From NCBI GenBank assembly GCA_963575745.1, contig CAUYUJ010000156.1, forward strand, positions 62,001 through 117,470: a stretch of 55,470 bases of DNA, in the 5' to 3' direction. Source of the DNA: Prorocentrum cordatum. Its lineage: Eukaryota. Both the position numbers and the translations under genes were made by a program. The notes beneath the pieces are model-generated. The model did not search any database and was not told where the DNA came from. It was given only the letters and a program-made list of their open reading frames with translations. How positions within the stretch are numbered: the stretch's first letter is position 1; every line of letters begins with the position of its first letter. Shown here piece by piece: positions 37,234-50,560 of the stretch.

Positions 37234-38970
37234 CTTCACAGATGGAGGCCGGATGGCTTTCACAATGTGGCTCTCGCCTTAGCGCCGCGCGCATTCGTTT
37301 TGAACAGTTGCAAACTTTTCACGGATTGAGGGCGGGTGGTTCTCAAAATGTTGCTCTCGCTTGAGCGCCGCGCGCATTCTCTTTCAACATATGCAAGGGC
37401 TTCACGGATTGAGGGCGGCTGGTTTTCAACGTGTAGTTCTCGCCAAAGCGCCGTGCACAGTCGTTGTCCATATTTGCAAGAGGCTTACGGATTGATGGCG
37501 GGTCGTTTTCAAGATGTGGATTTCGTTATGTCGCCTTTTACATTCGTTTAAAGAGTTGCACGAGTTTCACGGATTGAGGGCGGTTTTCAAAATGTGGCTC
37601 TCGCTTTAGCGCCGCGCACATCCGTTTTCAAGATTTGCAAGGGCTTCACGGAATGAGGGCAGATGGTTTTCAAAATGTGGCTCTCGCTTTAGCGCCGCGC
37701 ACATTCGCTTTGACAAACTGCAAGAGTTTCACGGATTGAGGGCGGTTCCTTTTCAAACTGTGGCTCTCGCATTAGCGCCGTGCACCTTTTTCATGTGTAA
37801 AACGAGTTTCCCATGGTCATTGTACCATACACGGTGTTTTGGAAGGAGGCATGACTATGCGGGTGCAACAGTTATGTTGGTTCGCTGTGTTGAAGTTCCC
37901 TCATGGGTTTCTGGCACGATTCTGAATCGTCAAGACGCAGCAGTCGGGTTGATACGTGGCGTTGACATCCCGAGAACAATGTTTTGGTACGCTTCAGGAT
38001 ATTCAAACGGTTGCCTTCCAACGAGGCAGTCCCTTCAATGGAAATGAATCGTTGTAGGGCCTCGGAGCTTGGACGGAGGGTTAATTTCGACATCGTTGGT
38101 GACTCTTGGGTTTACACTTGTCTCCCTCCTCCATCATTCCTTCTCCTTATATTTAGCTCGTCCCCTTCTAGAGCGGGTCGGGCGTTTAGCCTGAGACTTC
38201 CCCACCATGCACGACTCTGAAACAGTGAAAGTGACAACCGTTTCACAGATGGAGGGCGGGCCGTTTTCAATATGTGGCTCTCGCCTTAGCCCCGCGCGCA
38301 TTCGTTGTACAAAATTGAGGGCGGGTGGTTTTCAAAATGTGGTTATCGTTGTCGCGCCGCGCACAGTCGTTTTCAACGTATGCAAGAGCTTGGCTTATTG
38401 AGGAAGGGTGGTTATCAAAACGTGGCCCTCGCCGTAGCGCCGCGCACATTCGTTTTCAAACATTGCAAGAGCTTCACGGATTGAGGGCGGGTGGTTTTCA
38501 AACTGTGGCTCTCCATTTAGCGCCGCGCACAATCGCCTTGAAATTTTGCTAGAGTTTCACGGGTAAAGGGCGGTTTCTTTTCAACCTGTGGCTGTTGTTG
38601 TCGCGCCGCGCACATTCGTTTTCAACATTTGTAAGAGTTTCACGGGTTCCCATCATGAGCGTACCGGAAACGGTGTTTTGGACGGATTGAGGGTTGCGCG
38701 GGTTGCAACAGTTATGTTGGTTCGCGTTGTTGAAGTCTCAAATATGGCGTTCTGACTCGATTCCGGATCGCCAAGACGCATCAGTCAGGTTGATACGTCG
38801 CGTTGAGCATCAGAAAACAATGTTTTGGCATGCTTCAGGATTTTCAAGCGGTTGTCTTCCAACGAGGCAATTCCTTCAATGGAAAGGAACCGTTGTGGGG
38901 GCCTATGAGGAGGGAGCTTGGAGGGAGGGTTAATTCCAACATCGTTGATGACTCTTGGTTTTACACTGGT
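37234..38970. repeat. Two tandem blocks (about 37234-38125 and 38240-38970), each an ~82-bp satellite array plus a shared ~320-bp tail
   Basis: Unit TTCACGGATTGAGGGCGGGTGGTTTTCAAAATGTGGCTCTCGC..AGCGCCGCGCACATTCGTTTT. The tail 'GCAACAGTTATGTTGGTTCGC...CCTTCAATGGAAA...GACTCTTGG.TTTACACT' is duplicated. Confidence 0.88.
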
Positions 38971-41900
38971 CCTCCTCCCTTCTCCTCCTTCTCATCCTCC
39001 CTCCTGCTGCCTCCTCTCTCCTCCCTCCTCCCTCCTCCCTCCTGCACAATTTTTCCACATGAGTACTATTATTCTCTCTCCCCTGAGTTTGTGGCGGAAT
39101 CTGTCTCGGAGTGTTCGGCCCCCCTCGCGTATTCTTTTCCCCCAGAGGATGTCGGCGATTTTCCGAATCGTGCTCCCGCTGCAGCGCTGGCGTCATTGTT
39201 TTCAGCGCCATGCCACGGCATGGTTTTCGGTCCTTCCAAATCCAAAACTAGAAAAATGGCCCCTCTAAGCAACCATCGGAAGTGATTCCACATTCGGTGC
39301 CGATTCGTTGATGTTTTGGGCCGCAGAAGCCCCCCCCACTTTGGGGCGTCAGGTTACGCGTTGATCTTCAACACCATGCTATGCCATGTAATGCAATCCG
39401 ACTGTGCGAATCGAGAGGAGATCTACGCCATGGTAAGGGATGGGAGGGAGGGGTAGGACGTCAGATATGACGCGAGCGCACCTAGCTTGCCCCTCCCCCC
39501 TCCCTTCTCCTCCTCCTCCTCCTTTTCCTCCTCTTCTCCCTCCTCCTCTACGCAACCTGAATACTTCTCTCCTCTCCCCTGATGACGTCTGGAAGATATC
39601 CGGTCCTCCACCGCGTATTGTTTTCTACATTCAGGATTCCCGGGAAATGGGTCTTCGCTTTGTTTGTTTCAAAATGTTGCTCCCGTTGAAGCGTTGGCCC
39701 CATTTCTGCGCTTCTGGTTGTTCCAAATCGTGCTCCCGCTGCAGCGCAGGCGGTTTCGGTCCTTCCAAATCGGCCCCGAAATCTAGAACATGCCGCCTGA
39801 AAACCCATCGGATGTGATTACACATTCTGTGCCGATTTGTGGATTTCTTGGGCCGCTGCAGCCCCCCCATACTTTGGGGCGTCTTCGTTCTGCTGAGCCC
39901 CGTTTCTGCTTTGAAAAGTCGATGTTGCAAGCAGAGCCAGCGGGTGCTCTCCATCAGCCACGTCTTGTGGGGAGCTTTTCGGGGAGCCCAGGGAGCAAAA
40001 CATGGAGCCGCGATTTCCGAGTTGCCCACACCCTTCGAAGACGATCCTCTTACCCTCCACAGAACCAGGCGCCATGCCATAATATGATGTGTGGCGTTGT
40101 GTTCCACGCCGCTGTGCGGTGCCATGCTTTGCGTTGCAATGCTTTGTGATGCAAGGCTTCACTGCGCAATGCCACGCAATGGTATGGCATGCTGCGTTAT
40201 GCCGTGCTCTTTTACGCCATGCCATGCCGTGCCCTACCATGCATCGCGTACCCCCTCGCGATCATTGCCCTGCTCGACATCCGACTGTGAGAAAGGGAGG
40301 ATATGTACGCCACAGTAAAGAATGGGAGGGAGGGGTATGACGTCAGATATGACGCGAGCTCACCTAGCTTGTCCTCCGCCCGCCCCCCATCCCTCCTCCC
40401 TCCTCCCTGCTCGCTCCTCCCTCCTCCCTCCTCTTTTTCCCTCCTCCCTCCTTCCTCCCTCCTCCCTCCTCCCTCCTCCTTCCTCCCTCCTTCTCCCTCC
40501 TCCTTTTTCGCTCCTCCCTCCTCCCTCGTCGTCCTCCCTCCTCCTTCATCCCTCCTCCCTCCTCCCTCCTCCCACCTTCCCCTCCGACCTCCTCCTCCTC
40601 TTTCTCCTCCTCCTGCTCCTCCTTCTCCTCAACCTCCTCCTTCCTCCCTCCGCCCTCTTCCCTCCCCCTCCTCCTCCTCCTCCTCCTCCTCCTCCTCCTC
40701 CTCCTCCTCCCTCCTCCTCCCTCTTCTTTCGTGTCTCCTCCTCTTCCTCCTCCTCCTCCTTCTTCCTCCCTCCTCCCTCCTCTCTCCTACCTCCTCCCTC
40801 TTTCCGCGCTTCCGCGCGCAGTTCCCGCTGCAGCGATGGCTTTTGTTTCCGCGCTTCCGCTCGTCACGGCTCGTGCTCCCGCTGCAGCGTTGGAGTCAGT
40901 ATTCCTAGCGCCGTGCCACGGCATGGGGTTCTGCTTTTCCAAGCAGACCCCAAAATCTAGAAACATGGCCTCCCGAAAAAAAACGCACCAGAAGTGATTC
41001 CACATTCGGCGCCGATTCGTTGTTTTGCTGTGGAAGCCCCCCCCACCCACTTTGGGGCGTCGCCACGCCATGCTATGTCATGTTGCGCGTTGCTATTTAG
41101 CACCATGATATGGCATGTGACGCTATGCCATGCTGCGACCACGGCTGTGCGAATAGAGAGGAGACCTACGCTATGGTAAGCGATGGGGTGGGGGGGGGTA
41201 GGAGTCAGATATGACGCGAGCGCACCTAGCTTGCCCCTTCCCCTCCTCCCTTCTCCTCCTGCTCCTCCTCCTCCTCCTGCTCCTCCTCCTCCTTCTCCTC
41301 CCTCTCTTCCTCCTCCCTCCTCGTCCTTCTCCCTCCTCCTCCTCCTCCTCCCTCCTCCCTCGTCCTTTCTCCCTCCTCCGTCCCTCCTCCCTCGTCCCTC
41401 TTTCTTCCTCCCTCCTCCTCCTCCTCTCTCCTCTCCTCCTCCTCATTATGTTCCTCCTCCTCCTGTCCCCCGCCTCTACCTCCCTCTCCTCCTCCTTTCC
41501 TCTCTCCTCCTCCTCATCCTCCTTGTCACTCTTCACTCCCTCACTCCATCTCTCCGTCTCCTCTTTCCTCCTGCTCGCTCCTCTTCCTCCTTTCTCCGTC
41601 CCTCTCTGACTGCTCTGTTCTTGACTTTTGCTCCTCTCCTCCTTCTCCTCCTCCTCCTCCTCCTCCTCACTCCTCGTCCTCTTCCTCCTCCTCGTCCTCT
41701 TCTCCTCCTCTCCCCTCCTCCTCTTCTCCTCCCCTCTTGTTCCGCCTGCTCCTCCTCCACCCTTCTCCCTCCTTCCTCCTCCTTCCTCTCTTCCTCCCTC
41801 TCCTCCTCCTCCTCCTCCTCCTTATCCTCTCTCCTACCCCCTCCTTCTCTCTCATCCCTACTCCCCTCCTCACTCCTCCCTGCTCCTTCCTCCCTCCTCC

Positions 41901-42219
41901 TTTCCTCCGTCCTCCGTCCCTCCGCCTCCTGCTTACTCCTTCTTCCTCGCCCGCCTCCTACTCCTCCTCCTCCCTCGTTCCTCCTCCGTTCGCCCTCCTC
42001 CCTACTCCCCTCCCTCCTCCCCCTCCTCCTCCTTCTTCCTCCTCCTCCTCCCCTTTCCGCCTCCTCCTCCTCCTCCTCCCTCCTCCTCCTCCTCTCCATT
42101 TCTCCCCCTCCTCCCTCCCTCCCTCCTCCTGCCCTACCTCTTCGTCTCCCTCCTCCCTTGTCTCCTCCTCCTTCCTCCTTCCTCCTGCTCCTCCTCCTCC
42201 TCTTCCTCTCCTCTCTCCT

Positions 42220-42271
42220 CCATCATCTCACATCCTCATCTCATCCTCATCCTCATACCTCATCATCATAA

Positions 42272-42305
<34 letters not shown>

Positions 42306-42361
42306 TATCATCATCATCATCATCATTCGCAGTATCAGCATACTTCTCACAGTCATAATCG

Positions 42362-42393
<32 letters not shown>

Positions 42394-42443
42394 GTCGTCG
42401 TCGTCGTCATCATCATCATCGTCATCATCGTCATCATCATCAT
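42220..42443. repeat. (CAT)n/(CGT)n microsatellite
   Basis: Direct reading. Confidence 0.92.
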
Positions 42444-42937
42444 CGGCTTTCCTGCAGCAGCGCCGGGCCGAGAAGGTGTACAAGGGAGCCCCGATGTTCG
42501 CGAAGCTCAGGTGTCCTTTCGGGTCTCGCCGCGCCCCCCCTCCTCCTCCTCCTCCTCCTCCTCCTCCTCCTTCTCCTCCTCCTCCTCCTCCTCCTCCCCT
42601 CCTCCTCCTCCTCTTCCTCCTCCTCCTCCCTCCTCCCTTCTCTCTCATCCCTCCTCCCTCCTCCCTCCTCCCTCCTCCGTCCTCCCTGCTTCCTCCTGGT
42701 AACGACCCCCTTCCCCCTCAATGCAAGCGAGCTTGCCGGAGCCTAGACAGCAACGGCCTCCTTGGCTCCACTGCTGCGGCGCGTGCCAGCCCCGGCGCTC
42801 GGCGTGCCCGTGCGGCCAGTTCCATGCGGGCACCGCCGCCGGGGCCCTCGAGCGGTGGCGACGCCTCCTGGCCTGCCTGCAGGCCCTTCGAAGACTGCTC
42901 TACGAGACACTCTTGGGGCTTGCCCGACATGTTCTTA

Positions 42938-43132
42938 TCGGGTCGGGCGAAAGGGGGGGATAGCAAAGGGGGGGTTTGAGAATCAGCTCACGTAGCTGGT
43001 TTCCCCGGCGCCTCCTGGCGCCGGAGGCGGCGATGTATAGGGGAATGAGCCCCTCGGTGAGGCCGAAACCAGCTGCATGCAGCAAATTTCGTACCCCCCC
43101 CTTTCCCAATCCTCCCCTTTCGCCCGGCCCGA
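42938..43132. mobile_element. ~195-bp MITE-like element (partial related copy at about 45780-45900)
   Basis: TCGGGTCGGGCGAAAGGGGGGGA ... TCCTCCCCTTTCGCCCGGCCCGA termini, plus an inner inverted AGCTGGTTTC/GAAACCAGCT pair. Confidence 0.7.
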
Positions 43133-43888
43133 TCTCAGAGCCTGGCTGGCACAGCGTTGGTTCCAGGCATCGGCTTCGTGTTCTGCGAACCTTGCTTTTG
43201 TGTGTTGGAGCCTCCTTCGAAGAGCACCAGGTCGGCATAAACATAAACTTCCGGAGCTCTGCGCGGATTTCTTTGATCTGCACTGGATGCCATGCCGGCG
43301 CCTCGGGCAACGCCTCCGGCGCGCACCGCGCGCCAGAGAATGGGTCAATCGCCGACTCAGGACATCCGCGTGGATCTCCGAAAGTTTGTATATTTGCAGT
43401 CTGTTCCTCTTCTCACACCACCGTTTGAAGACAATGTTTTGGTAGTGCTCTAGGAATGCCGGGTCGGCCGGTCCCTGCTCAGCGGAGTGCGAGCGGGGGA
43501 CGGGTTGTCGGGCCGCCAGCTCTGGCAGACGGGCATCAGCTGCCAGCTCGCGTCCGCGCGGGCCAGCTCCAGGGAGAAAAAGACGTCGCCGTCGAGCCCA
43601 GGACCCCCCTCCTCGGCGTCGCTCGGACGGGTGCATTTCTTCGCGGCGAGGACCACCGCAGAGCATCCTGGATCACCGAGCAAGAAAACCACGCACAACA
43701 CCGAAAAACGCACAGGGAATGGACGTCCGAGCGACGGCAAGCCTCGCGTCGTGAAGAGATCGTGGCGGGCGCTCTTGTGCCGTCGTCGGCCTCTGGGGGC
43801 GCTCGCCGGGACCTCTGGGGCCGGCGATGGGACGCTGCGCAGGACGGAGCGCCAGTCCCGCGGCCAAGCGCGGGCGGGTGGCAATGTG

Positions 43889-44034
43889 AAGTCGGGCCTG
43901 TCCCTCTACAGGGCGAATATTCAAGCATGATCCAGGAGTTGTCAGGGGACTATTTTTGGAAGATTTCTGATTTTTTGGGGAGTATTGTCCATTTGTCGCC
44001 CAAAATCCCCCTGTAGGGGGACGTGCCCGACTTA
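43889..44034. mobile_element. ~135-165-bp MITE family with GTCGGGCCTGTCCC TIR and TTAA-like flanks (copies 43889-44034, 45490-45627, 46072-46236, 53232-53381)
   Basis: (TT)AA-GTCGGGCCTGTCCCTCTACAGG ... CCTGTAGGGGGACAGGCCCGAC-TT(AA); AT-rich variable interior; four copies. Confidence 0.85.
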
Positions 44035-47000
44035 GTGGCAATGGAATGTGACGCGAGTAGGTCGGAGATGGATGGACCTCCTACCCCGACACGTCGGTTG
44101 AGGAGTTGGCCGTCCTCGGTTCGCGGGAGGGCGTCGCGGCCGTCATTTTGCGGGTCCAGGTCCGTCGGCTTCGGTCCCAGGCCGTTTTCACCGAGGGGAG
44201 GTTCACTCATGGGAGGTCTGTCCACCGCCGAATGGGGGGTGAAGGAAGGGGCTCCGAAGGCTAAAGGGGCCCCTGAGGGCTCCTTTTGGAGTGTAGGGTC
44301 CTTCTGTTCACCCCCTCAGTTGGGTCAGCCCCATTTCATCTGGGGGCCACAGGCCGTTTTCGTCGGTTTCGGTCCACGGCCGTTTTCATTAAATGGAGGC
44401 TTGCCATAAAGCGAGGTTTGTCCACCGCCGAGCCCAACCTCCGTGGTGGCCGGGGTGCAGCGCCCACGGGGGTCGGCAAAGCCTCTCCGAGGACCTCTGG
44501 CTGACCCCGAGCTCGGGAACCACCTCCCCGCAGCCGATCCCCCCCCCTCCTCCTCCTCCTCCTCCTCCTCCTCCTCCTCCTCCTCCTCCTCCTCCTCCTC
44601 CTCCTCCTCCTCCTCCTCCTCCTCTCCTCCTCCTCCTCCTCCTCCTCCTCCTCCTCCTCCTCCTCCTCCTCTCCTCCTCCTCCTCCTCCTCCCCTCCTCC
44701 TCCTCTCCTCCTCCTCCTCCTCCTCCTCCTCCTCCTCCCTCCTCCTCCTCCTCCTCCTCCTCCTCCTCTCCTCCTCCTCCTCCTCCTCCTCCTCCTCCTC
44801 CTCCTCCTCCTCCTCCTCCTCCTCCTCCTCCTCCTTCTTCCTCCTCCTCCTCCTCCTCCTCCTCCTCCTCCTCCTCCTCCTCCTCCTCCTCCATACCCTT
44901 CTCTCTGCTGACCCAGGCCTGCAACCACCTCAGAAACCGGCCCAGGCTCGCGACGTGGCCCTGGCAAATCCCAGGCTTGTGCGGACCCGGGCTGGCGCGT
45001 CCGCGTCGCAGGCCCACGACGTCGTGGGCCCCCCCAAACGGCGTCGTGCGACGTCGTGCTCTGTTTGCGGCGTGGCCTGGAGGTCTGGGCCTCTTCCCAG
45101 CTCGATCCAGGACAGGTGCGGTGCACAGCTCTGCGGCCCTCTCGGAGCCGGGATAGGCCGTGCACACCGCCGCGCTGGCGGAGCGGGTCGCGAAGGGAGC
45201 CCGAGCGTGGTGCGCATGCTGTGCATAGGGGCGCTGTCGGCCTGCCGGGCTTTTCTGGCCCCTCTCTCAGCCCAGGGTCTTAGCTGCCTCGATACGCCCC
45301 GTTTGATACGCCGCACGTGCCGTGATCAAAACGTAAACGTCCGCGTCAATACGCTGCGTGTTGGCTCAGTGTGTTGGCCCATGTTTTGGCGAACCTATCG
45401 CTTCAGACCCACGTTTCAGTCCACGTGTTGAGCTCCGTATCCATACGCTGCGTGTTGCGTGTTGCGTGTCGGGGCTGCCAAGCCCAGGGTTAAGTCGGGC
45501 ATGTCTCTCTACAGGGGGAATATGCACGAATTGTAAAAACATTTGTTTTTGTTGTGTGACAGTTTGTTTTTGTTTGATTATAACTATTCTTCCAAAATCC
45601 GCCTGCAGGATGACATGCCCGACCGAAGCCCAGGGTGGTTCCGAGAGAGCCGTCTCGCTGGAGAAGTCGGCCTGCTGGCTGGCACGTGCCCCTGCGCAGG
45701 AGCCGCCCTGCAAGGGCGCGCGGGTGCCGGCCGGAGCAGGTACAGGAAGGCGGCGTTACCCGCGGAAGCCAGCGGGAGATTCGGGCCGAACGAGAGGGGC
45801 GGGACAGGGAAAGGGGGTGGGGGTAAGACGATAAGACACCTGCTGCGTGCAGCTGGTTTCGGCCCCGCCGCCGGCCCCATGCCTCGATGCAGGGGCGCCT
45901 GCCAGCGCCAGGAGGGGCGCGAAGAGAGCCGCGCGTCGCGCGCTGTGGGGCGCACTGGGCGAGTTTTAGTGATCTGGGCAGAGGTCGGCGCATGGGCACC
46001 TTGGGGCGCTGGAGTCGGCATCGCTCTCATGCCTTTTCGCTGCCGTTGTTTTTGTTCCTGAGCAGCTTGTCTTAAGTCGGGCCTGTCCCTCCACAGGAGG
46101 AATATTCAAAAATCGTCAAAGAATAGTATGGGGACGGTTTTTGAGTATTTTTGGGCATCTTTGGAGCAATTTGGGGGTATTTCATTTCTTATTTTGCGTC
46201 CAAAATCCCCCTGTAGGGGGACAGGCCCGACCTGAAGCTTGTCTGTCAGGGCGTGTGTGGCCTGTCTGGCAGGTCTTTGCCGGATCCAGAAATCGTCAGG
46301 AGGGAAAGAATCACACAGGCACAATTAATGAATCGTCGATTCCCAGGAAAATAGGCGAACATATGGGAAGTGGGGGGGAGACAGAAAACCAGAAAATATG
46401 GGGAAATATGAGGAACAGTTTTATTTGCGTGTATCTATGTGTGTGTGTCCTTGGGCCCCTTCAGAGCGGTCGGGCGACGCTGGCCTCCCGTTGCCGCCCG
46501 TCGGCCTCACCGTGGCTTCTCGTGGCCTCCCACGGCCATCCCTGCCCCCATCTCTGTGTGCTTCCCTCTGTATCCACTGCAGTACCCATGCTATCCCAAT
46601 CCTGTCTCCCTGTCCTACTTCCCTATCAAGATCCCGATCCCCATCCCTAGATCCCTAGATCCCTAGATCCCTGGATCCCTATCCCTTTCCCTGTCCCCAT
46701 CTCGATCCCCGCGCTGTGACATCCCCATCGTAACCGCGCAAAGCTGTTTTGGATCTTCTGCCGCAGGTGTCAGTGCATCTAAGGGACGCGCCCTAGGTGA
46801 GCGCAACCGTCCGTCTCTCGCGCAGAGGATCGCCAGATGCCGAGGCCGGCGGCTAATTTGGGGTCCATGGTCCATGGCCGAGCACGCAATTCTTTGCTGC
46901 TGGTCGCCCCGCTTCGACCGTCGTCCTCTGCCTGCCGCTCCCCCCCACCGCTGCCAGGCTACTGGCGGCATGCTCGCCGAGGTTGCTTCCGCGGGCCTCA

Positions 47001-47325
47001 TGCCGCTCGTGCTGGAGGCGACGCTCGAGCACCCTCCAGTAAGAGGGGGACCAGACAACGCCACTCTGCGACACGGGTGCGCGGGCTCACGTTTGGGAGG
47101 AGGAGTGGAGGTGAGGACGATCGCCTTGGACGCCCGAAGGTAAGTAGATTCGGGCTATGGGCCTTCAACGTTTGGGGTATCCCTCAGCATTCACTGTTTG
47201 CGCCTTTCCTTAGGAATCCATGCGTCATGGGCTTGCAGGGGCTGCCAGGGAGTGGAACACACCATAGGCCGCCGCAGCTGATCAGAGCGTGGGGGCTCGT
47301 ATCGCAGGCTGGCTCGCGGGTATGT

Positions 47326-47379
47326 TTTTGTGTGTGTGCGTGTGTGTGCGTGTGTGTGCGTGTGCGTGTGCGTGTGCGT

Positions 47380-47421
<42 letters not shown>

Positions 47422-47480
47422 TCTGTGTGTCTGTGTGTCTGTGTGTCTGTGTGTCTGTGTGTCTGTGTGTGTGTGTGTGT
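47326..47480. repeat. (GT)n/(GTGC)n/(GTCT)n microsatellite
   Basis: Direct reading. Confidence 0.92.
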
Positions 47481-48485
47481 CGCGGTCCAGGTCGGGAGTG
47501 GGTTGCTGGCCGAGAAGCGCTTGGATCGCGGGCCCTGTCGCGGCTGGGTCGCGGGCCAGGTCGCGGGTGAGTCGCGGGCTGGCTCGCGGGTGTGCCGTGG
47601 GCCAGGTCGCGGGTGCGTCGCGAGTTGGCCGACGACGGCACGACTAACAACGAGAACCCGCACCGCGGACTCCCACTTTAGCCACGCACCCGGGGACAGT
47701 GCAATACCATTCGGCCCGTGGACTCTGACTTGCGTGAGGTAGTGACGATGAAGATCTACTGGCCTGCGGCTCGGTCTCAGGTGATGGGCCCATTTTCCAC
47801 CATCACTACCATGTGTAGGAGAGGGTGGAGGAGGAGGAGGAGGAGGAGAAGGAGGAGGACCTCCTCGTCCTCCCTTCTCCCCCGTCCTACAGATGTTAGT
47901 GGTGGTAGTTCCCGAGAGGGTATGGCCTCGGAAAAACTTCGCTGCAAGGGCCCAGGACGAGCGCCGCTGGACCATCGGGAAGCATCAGGGAGTTCGGATT
48001 CCGCCATTAGATAGGCTTACGCCACATTCGCCGACCCCTTGAATTAGTCCGCTGTCCCATACCTTGCCATCGTTGAATTCCCCTTTGAATTCTGGGAATC
48101 ATCGCGGGCGCGGGAGATTCCCCGAATGTCACGGGTCCTCTCTGAGGCCTCTTGGGGGCTCGGGATTCCGAGATTTGACCCCGAGGCTTCTGGAGAGGGC
48201 CGGTACATCTCGACCGCCTGACCCCAGAGGCTCCTTTTGGCTCCTCGGGGGAGGAGGAAAGGTGTCGATACCACTGCTCGTCCCAGAGTGGTCTCGTTGC
48301 CCCGGCTGGATGCTCCCTGCGTTTCTGCTCTCAACGCGGCCCAGGGGAGGCCCCAGAAGTGATTACTTAGCGGTATCCGCACCCTTTTGCGTGCCCCTGC
48401 GTGCCCCGAGCTCCTTTTCGGGCCACCGTGTGGAGTTCTCTCTTGGGGCCCCTGTTGTTTTCGGCGGCGAGCCTGGGGGGAAATT

Positions 48486-48642
48486 GAGAAGGACAAGGCC
48501 TTCTCACACGGCTCGGGAGACCCCCGGCCTTCTCAGAAGTGTCCTAAGCTTTTCCCCGAAGACATAGAAAACTTCCCAGACGGCGCGAGGGCCTCTGACA
48601 AGTCCCGCCGCCTTCTGAGAAGGCCTTCTCCTTCTCCTTCTC
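48486..48642. mobile_element. MITE-like element with GAGAAGG(A)..GGCC TIR (inverted copy about 52551-52688)
   Basis: GAGAAGGACAAGGCCTTCTCA ... TGAGAAGGCCTTCTCCTTCTC; the interiors of the two copies are reverse complements (CCCCGAAGACA.AGAA / TTCTGTGTCTTCGGGG). Confidence 0.65.
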
Positions 48643-49942
48643 GCTTCCCCCCTCTCGCTCGCCGCCGAGTTCAGTTTTCGGGTCATACCTCGCGTTACTG
48701 GCGGCCGTTCCGGACGATCCAGGTCTCCCCGGAACGCTCTCGGCGAGGCTCAGCCGCTGGAGCGCATCCGAGGGCGGAAGGCCGCCAAGAAACCACAAAA
48801 TTGCTGAGAAGGCCGTCTCCTTCTCACCTCCCCCCCCCTCGCGCTCCGCCGATGTCTGGCCGCTCCAGAAGTGGGTGCCTCGCTCTCCAGGGGTCGACGA
48901 GCTCCAGACCTCCCAGATGGGGTCCGAGTAGACGGGGTCGGAGGATCGCGTTGCGTCACCGATGCATCGCCGATGCGGCTCGATGTGGGGCCCGATGTTC
49001 TCAGCGCTGGCGTCGCCGCAGCTCCGCCGGCATCGTGAGACGGCCCTCTCAGCTGCCCAACCAATAGTGAACATCTGTTCGTACTTGTCCGCTGTGCCAG
49101 AGCATGGAGCCAGTGCATCAGGGGTCGTCGCAGCCTAATTATTTCAGTTGATATGGCGGCTTCTTGGATGATGTCCTTGGCCTCGCACATGTTGCGACTC
49201 GATAGTTGCGACAACATCTTAGGCATCTTCTCTTTGAAGCTCCGGGCATGTGTATGCTCAATTCGGGCGTTGGGCGTCACCAAATCTGAATCAGGAGTAC
49301 GCACCGCTGACGGGGAGCCGACCATCTTTCAGCCAGGACGCAAGCAGTGAGCTTGGGGATGTCTGGGACGCAATCTTGGGGATTTGTTACGTGACTCTTG
49401 GCTTCTCGTGGGCCTCTCGGGGTCGTCTTGGGGTCTTTTCTTGGGGGCCTCTTTGGGTCGTCGTGGGGGCTGCCCGTTTCGGGCGATCTTGGGCTCATCG
49501 CGGTCGTCTTGGGGTCGTTTTGGGCCCCTCTGCAGCCGCTTCGGGCCCCCTTGCAGCCGTCTTGAGCTGCTTCGGGTGCGTTTTGGGAGCGTCCTGGGTT
49601 GCTGTGGAGCCGTCCTGGGCTATCGTGGGCCTCTCTCGGGGCCTCCTGAGTTTTCCCTTGTTGGGCGATTTTGAAGGCCTCCTGGGCAGTCTTGAGCGCT
49701 GCTAGCACAGGAGCGCAAGCTTCATAGAGCAGTACGTGGGGCATCGAGACAATCAGTGCAACCGTCCTCTCGGATGCTCTTTGCATGCCGTGCTGGGGCA
49801 GCTTGGACTCAGTTCCAGCCATGCGGTGGCCCCCTGGGGGGCCACCTTAATTAGGGCCGCCTGGGCCCTCTGGATGCCGCCGCCGGCCACCTTGCGTTGA
49901 ACTGGGGCCACCGCGGGGGACACGGAGCCCGGGGCGAGGCCT

Positions 49943-50260
49943 CAGAGCCCCGCATCATCAGGGGTAATTCGGGTCAGGGCTAACTCGGGTTCGCTTTTCG
50001 GGAGTCCGAGCCCGAGTGATCCCGGACCCGAGTCACCCCGGATAACTCGGGCGTCCAGAGCCCCAAATCATCAGGGGTAACTCGGGTCAGGGCTAACTCG
50101 GGTTCGCTTTTCGGGAGTCCGAGCCCGAGGTATCCCGGACCCGAGTCACCCCGGATAACTCGGGCGTCCAGAGCCCCAAATCATCAGGAGTAACTCGGGT
50201 CAGGGCTAACTCGGGTTCGTTACCCCAGACCCGAGTTACCCCGGATAACTCGGGCGCCCA
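49943..50260. repeat. Tandem repeat, ~112-113-bp internally palindromic unit, about 3 copies
   Basis: CAGAGCCCC..ATCATCAGG at 49944, 50057 and 50169; units are built of AACTCGGG and CCCGAGT arms. Confidence 0.9.
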
Positions 50261-50409
50261 AAGGCCCGACCAGGGCCCAGACGTGTGCGGTGCACGGCGA
50301 TTGTTGCGACCAGGGGGGGGCGGCTTCTTGAGACAGCGCACACCCTGACAACCCTCCACGGCTGCCACGGCTCGCAGCGATAGCGGCCTTCAAACCATTC
50401 CACCACGTG

Positions 50410-50560
50410 CTGAAGGCCTGCTTGATTGGCCTGCGAACCTCTGGATCGCGGAGGCCCCCTGAAGTCCCGTGGAGCAGGTCCCACTCCCGAGCGCAGAAAC
50501 CGGCCCGACGGACTTTCTCGCTCACCACCCCGCAGCCCGATACATAATCGGCCATGTATG
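50410..50560 (-). pseudogene. Possible C5-cytosine methyltransferase N-terminal (motif I-III) fragment, TE-derived
   Basis: YMADYVSGCGVVSEKVRRAGFCAREWDLLHGTSGGLRDPEV resembles (D/E)xFSGxG.....G.......D....G...Dl. No PC motif follows. Confidence 0.4.

Noticed and set aside
40303..42746. Long Pro/Ser/Leu ORFs (extensin-like)
   Set aside because: Degenerate (CCT)n and (CAT)n tracts are open in most frames.
49070..49350. Coding-like minus-strand island (RIEHTHARSFKEKMPKML...)
   Set aside because: Short, flanked by repeats and no family motif recognised.
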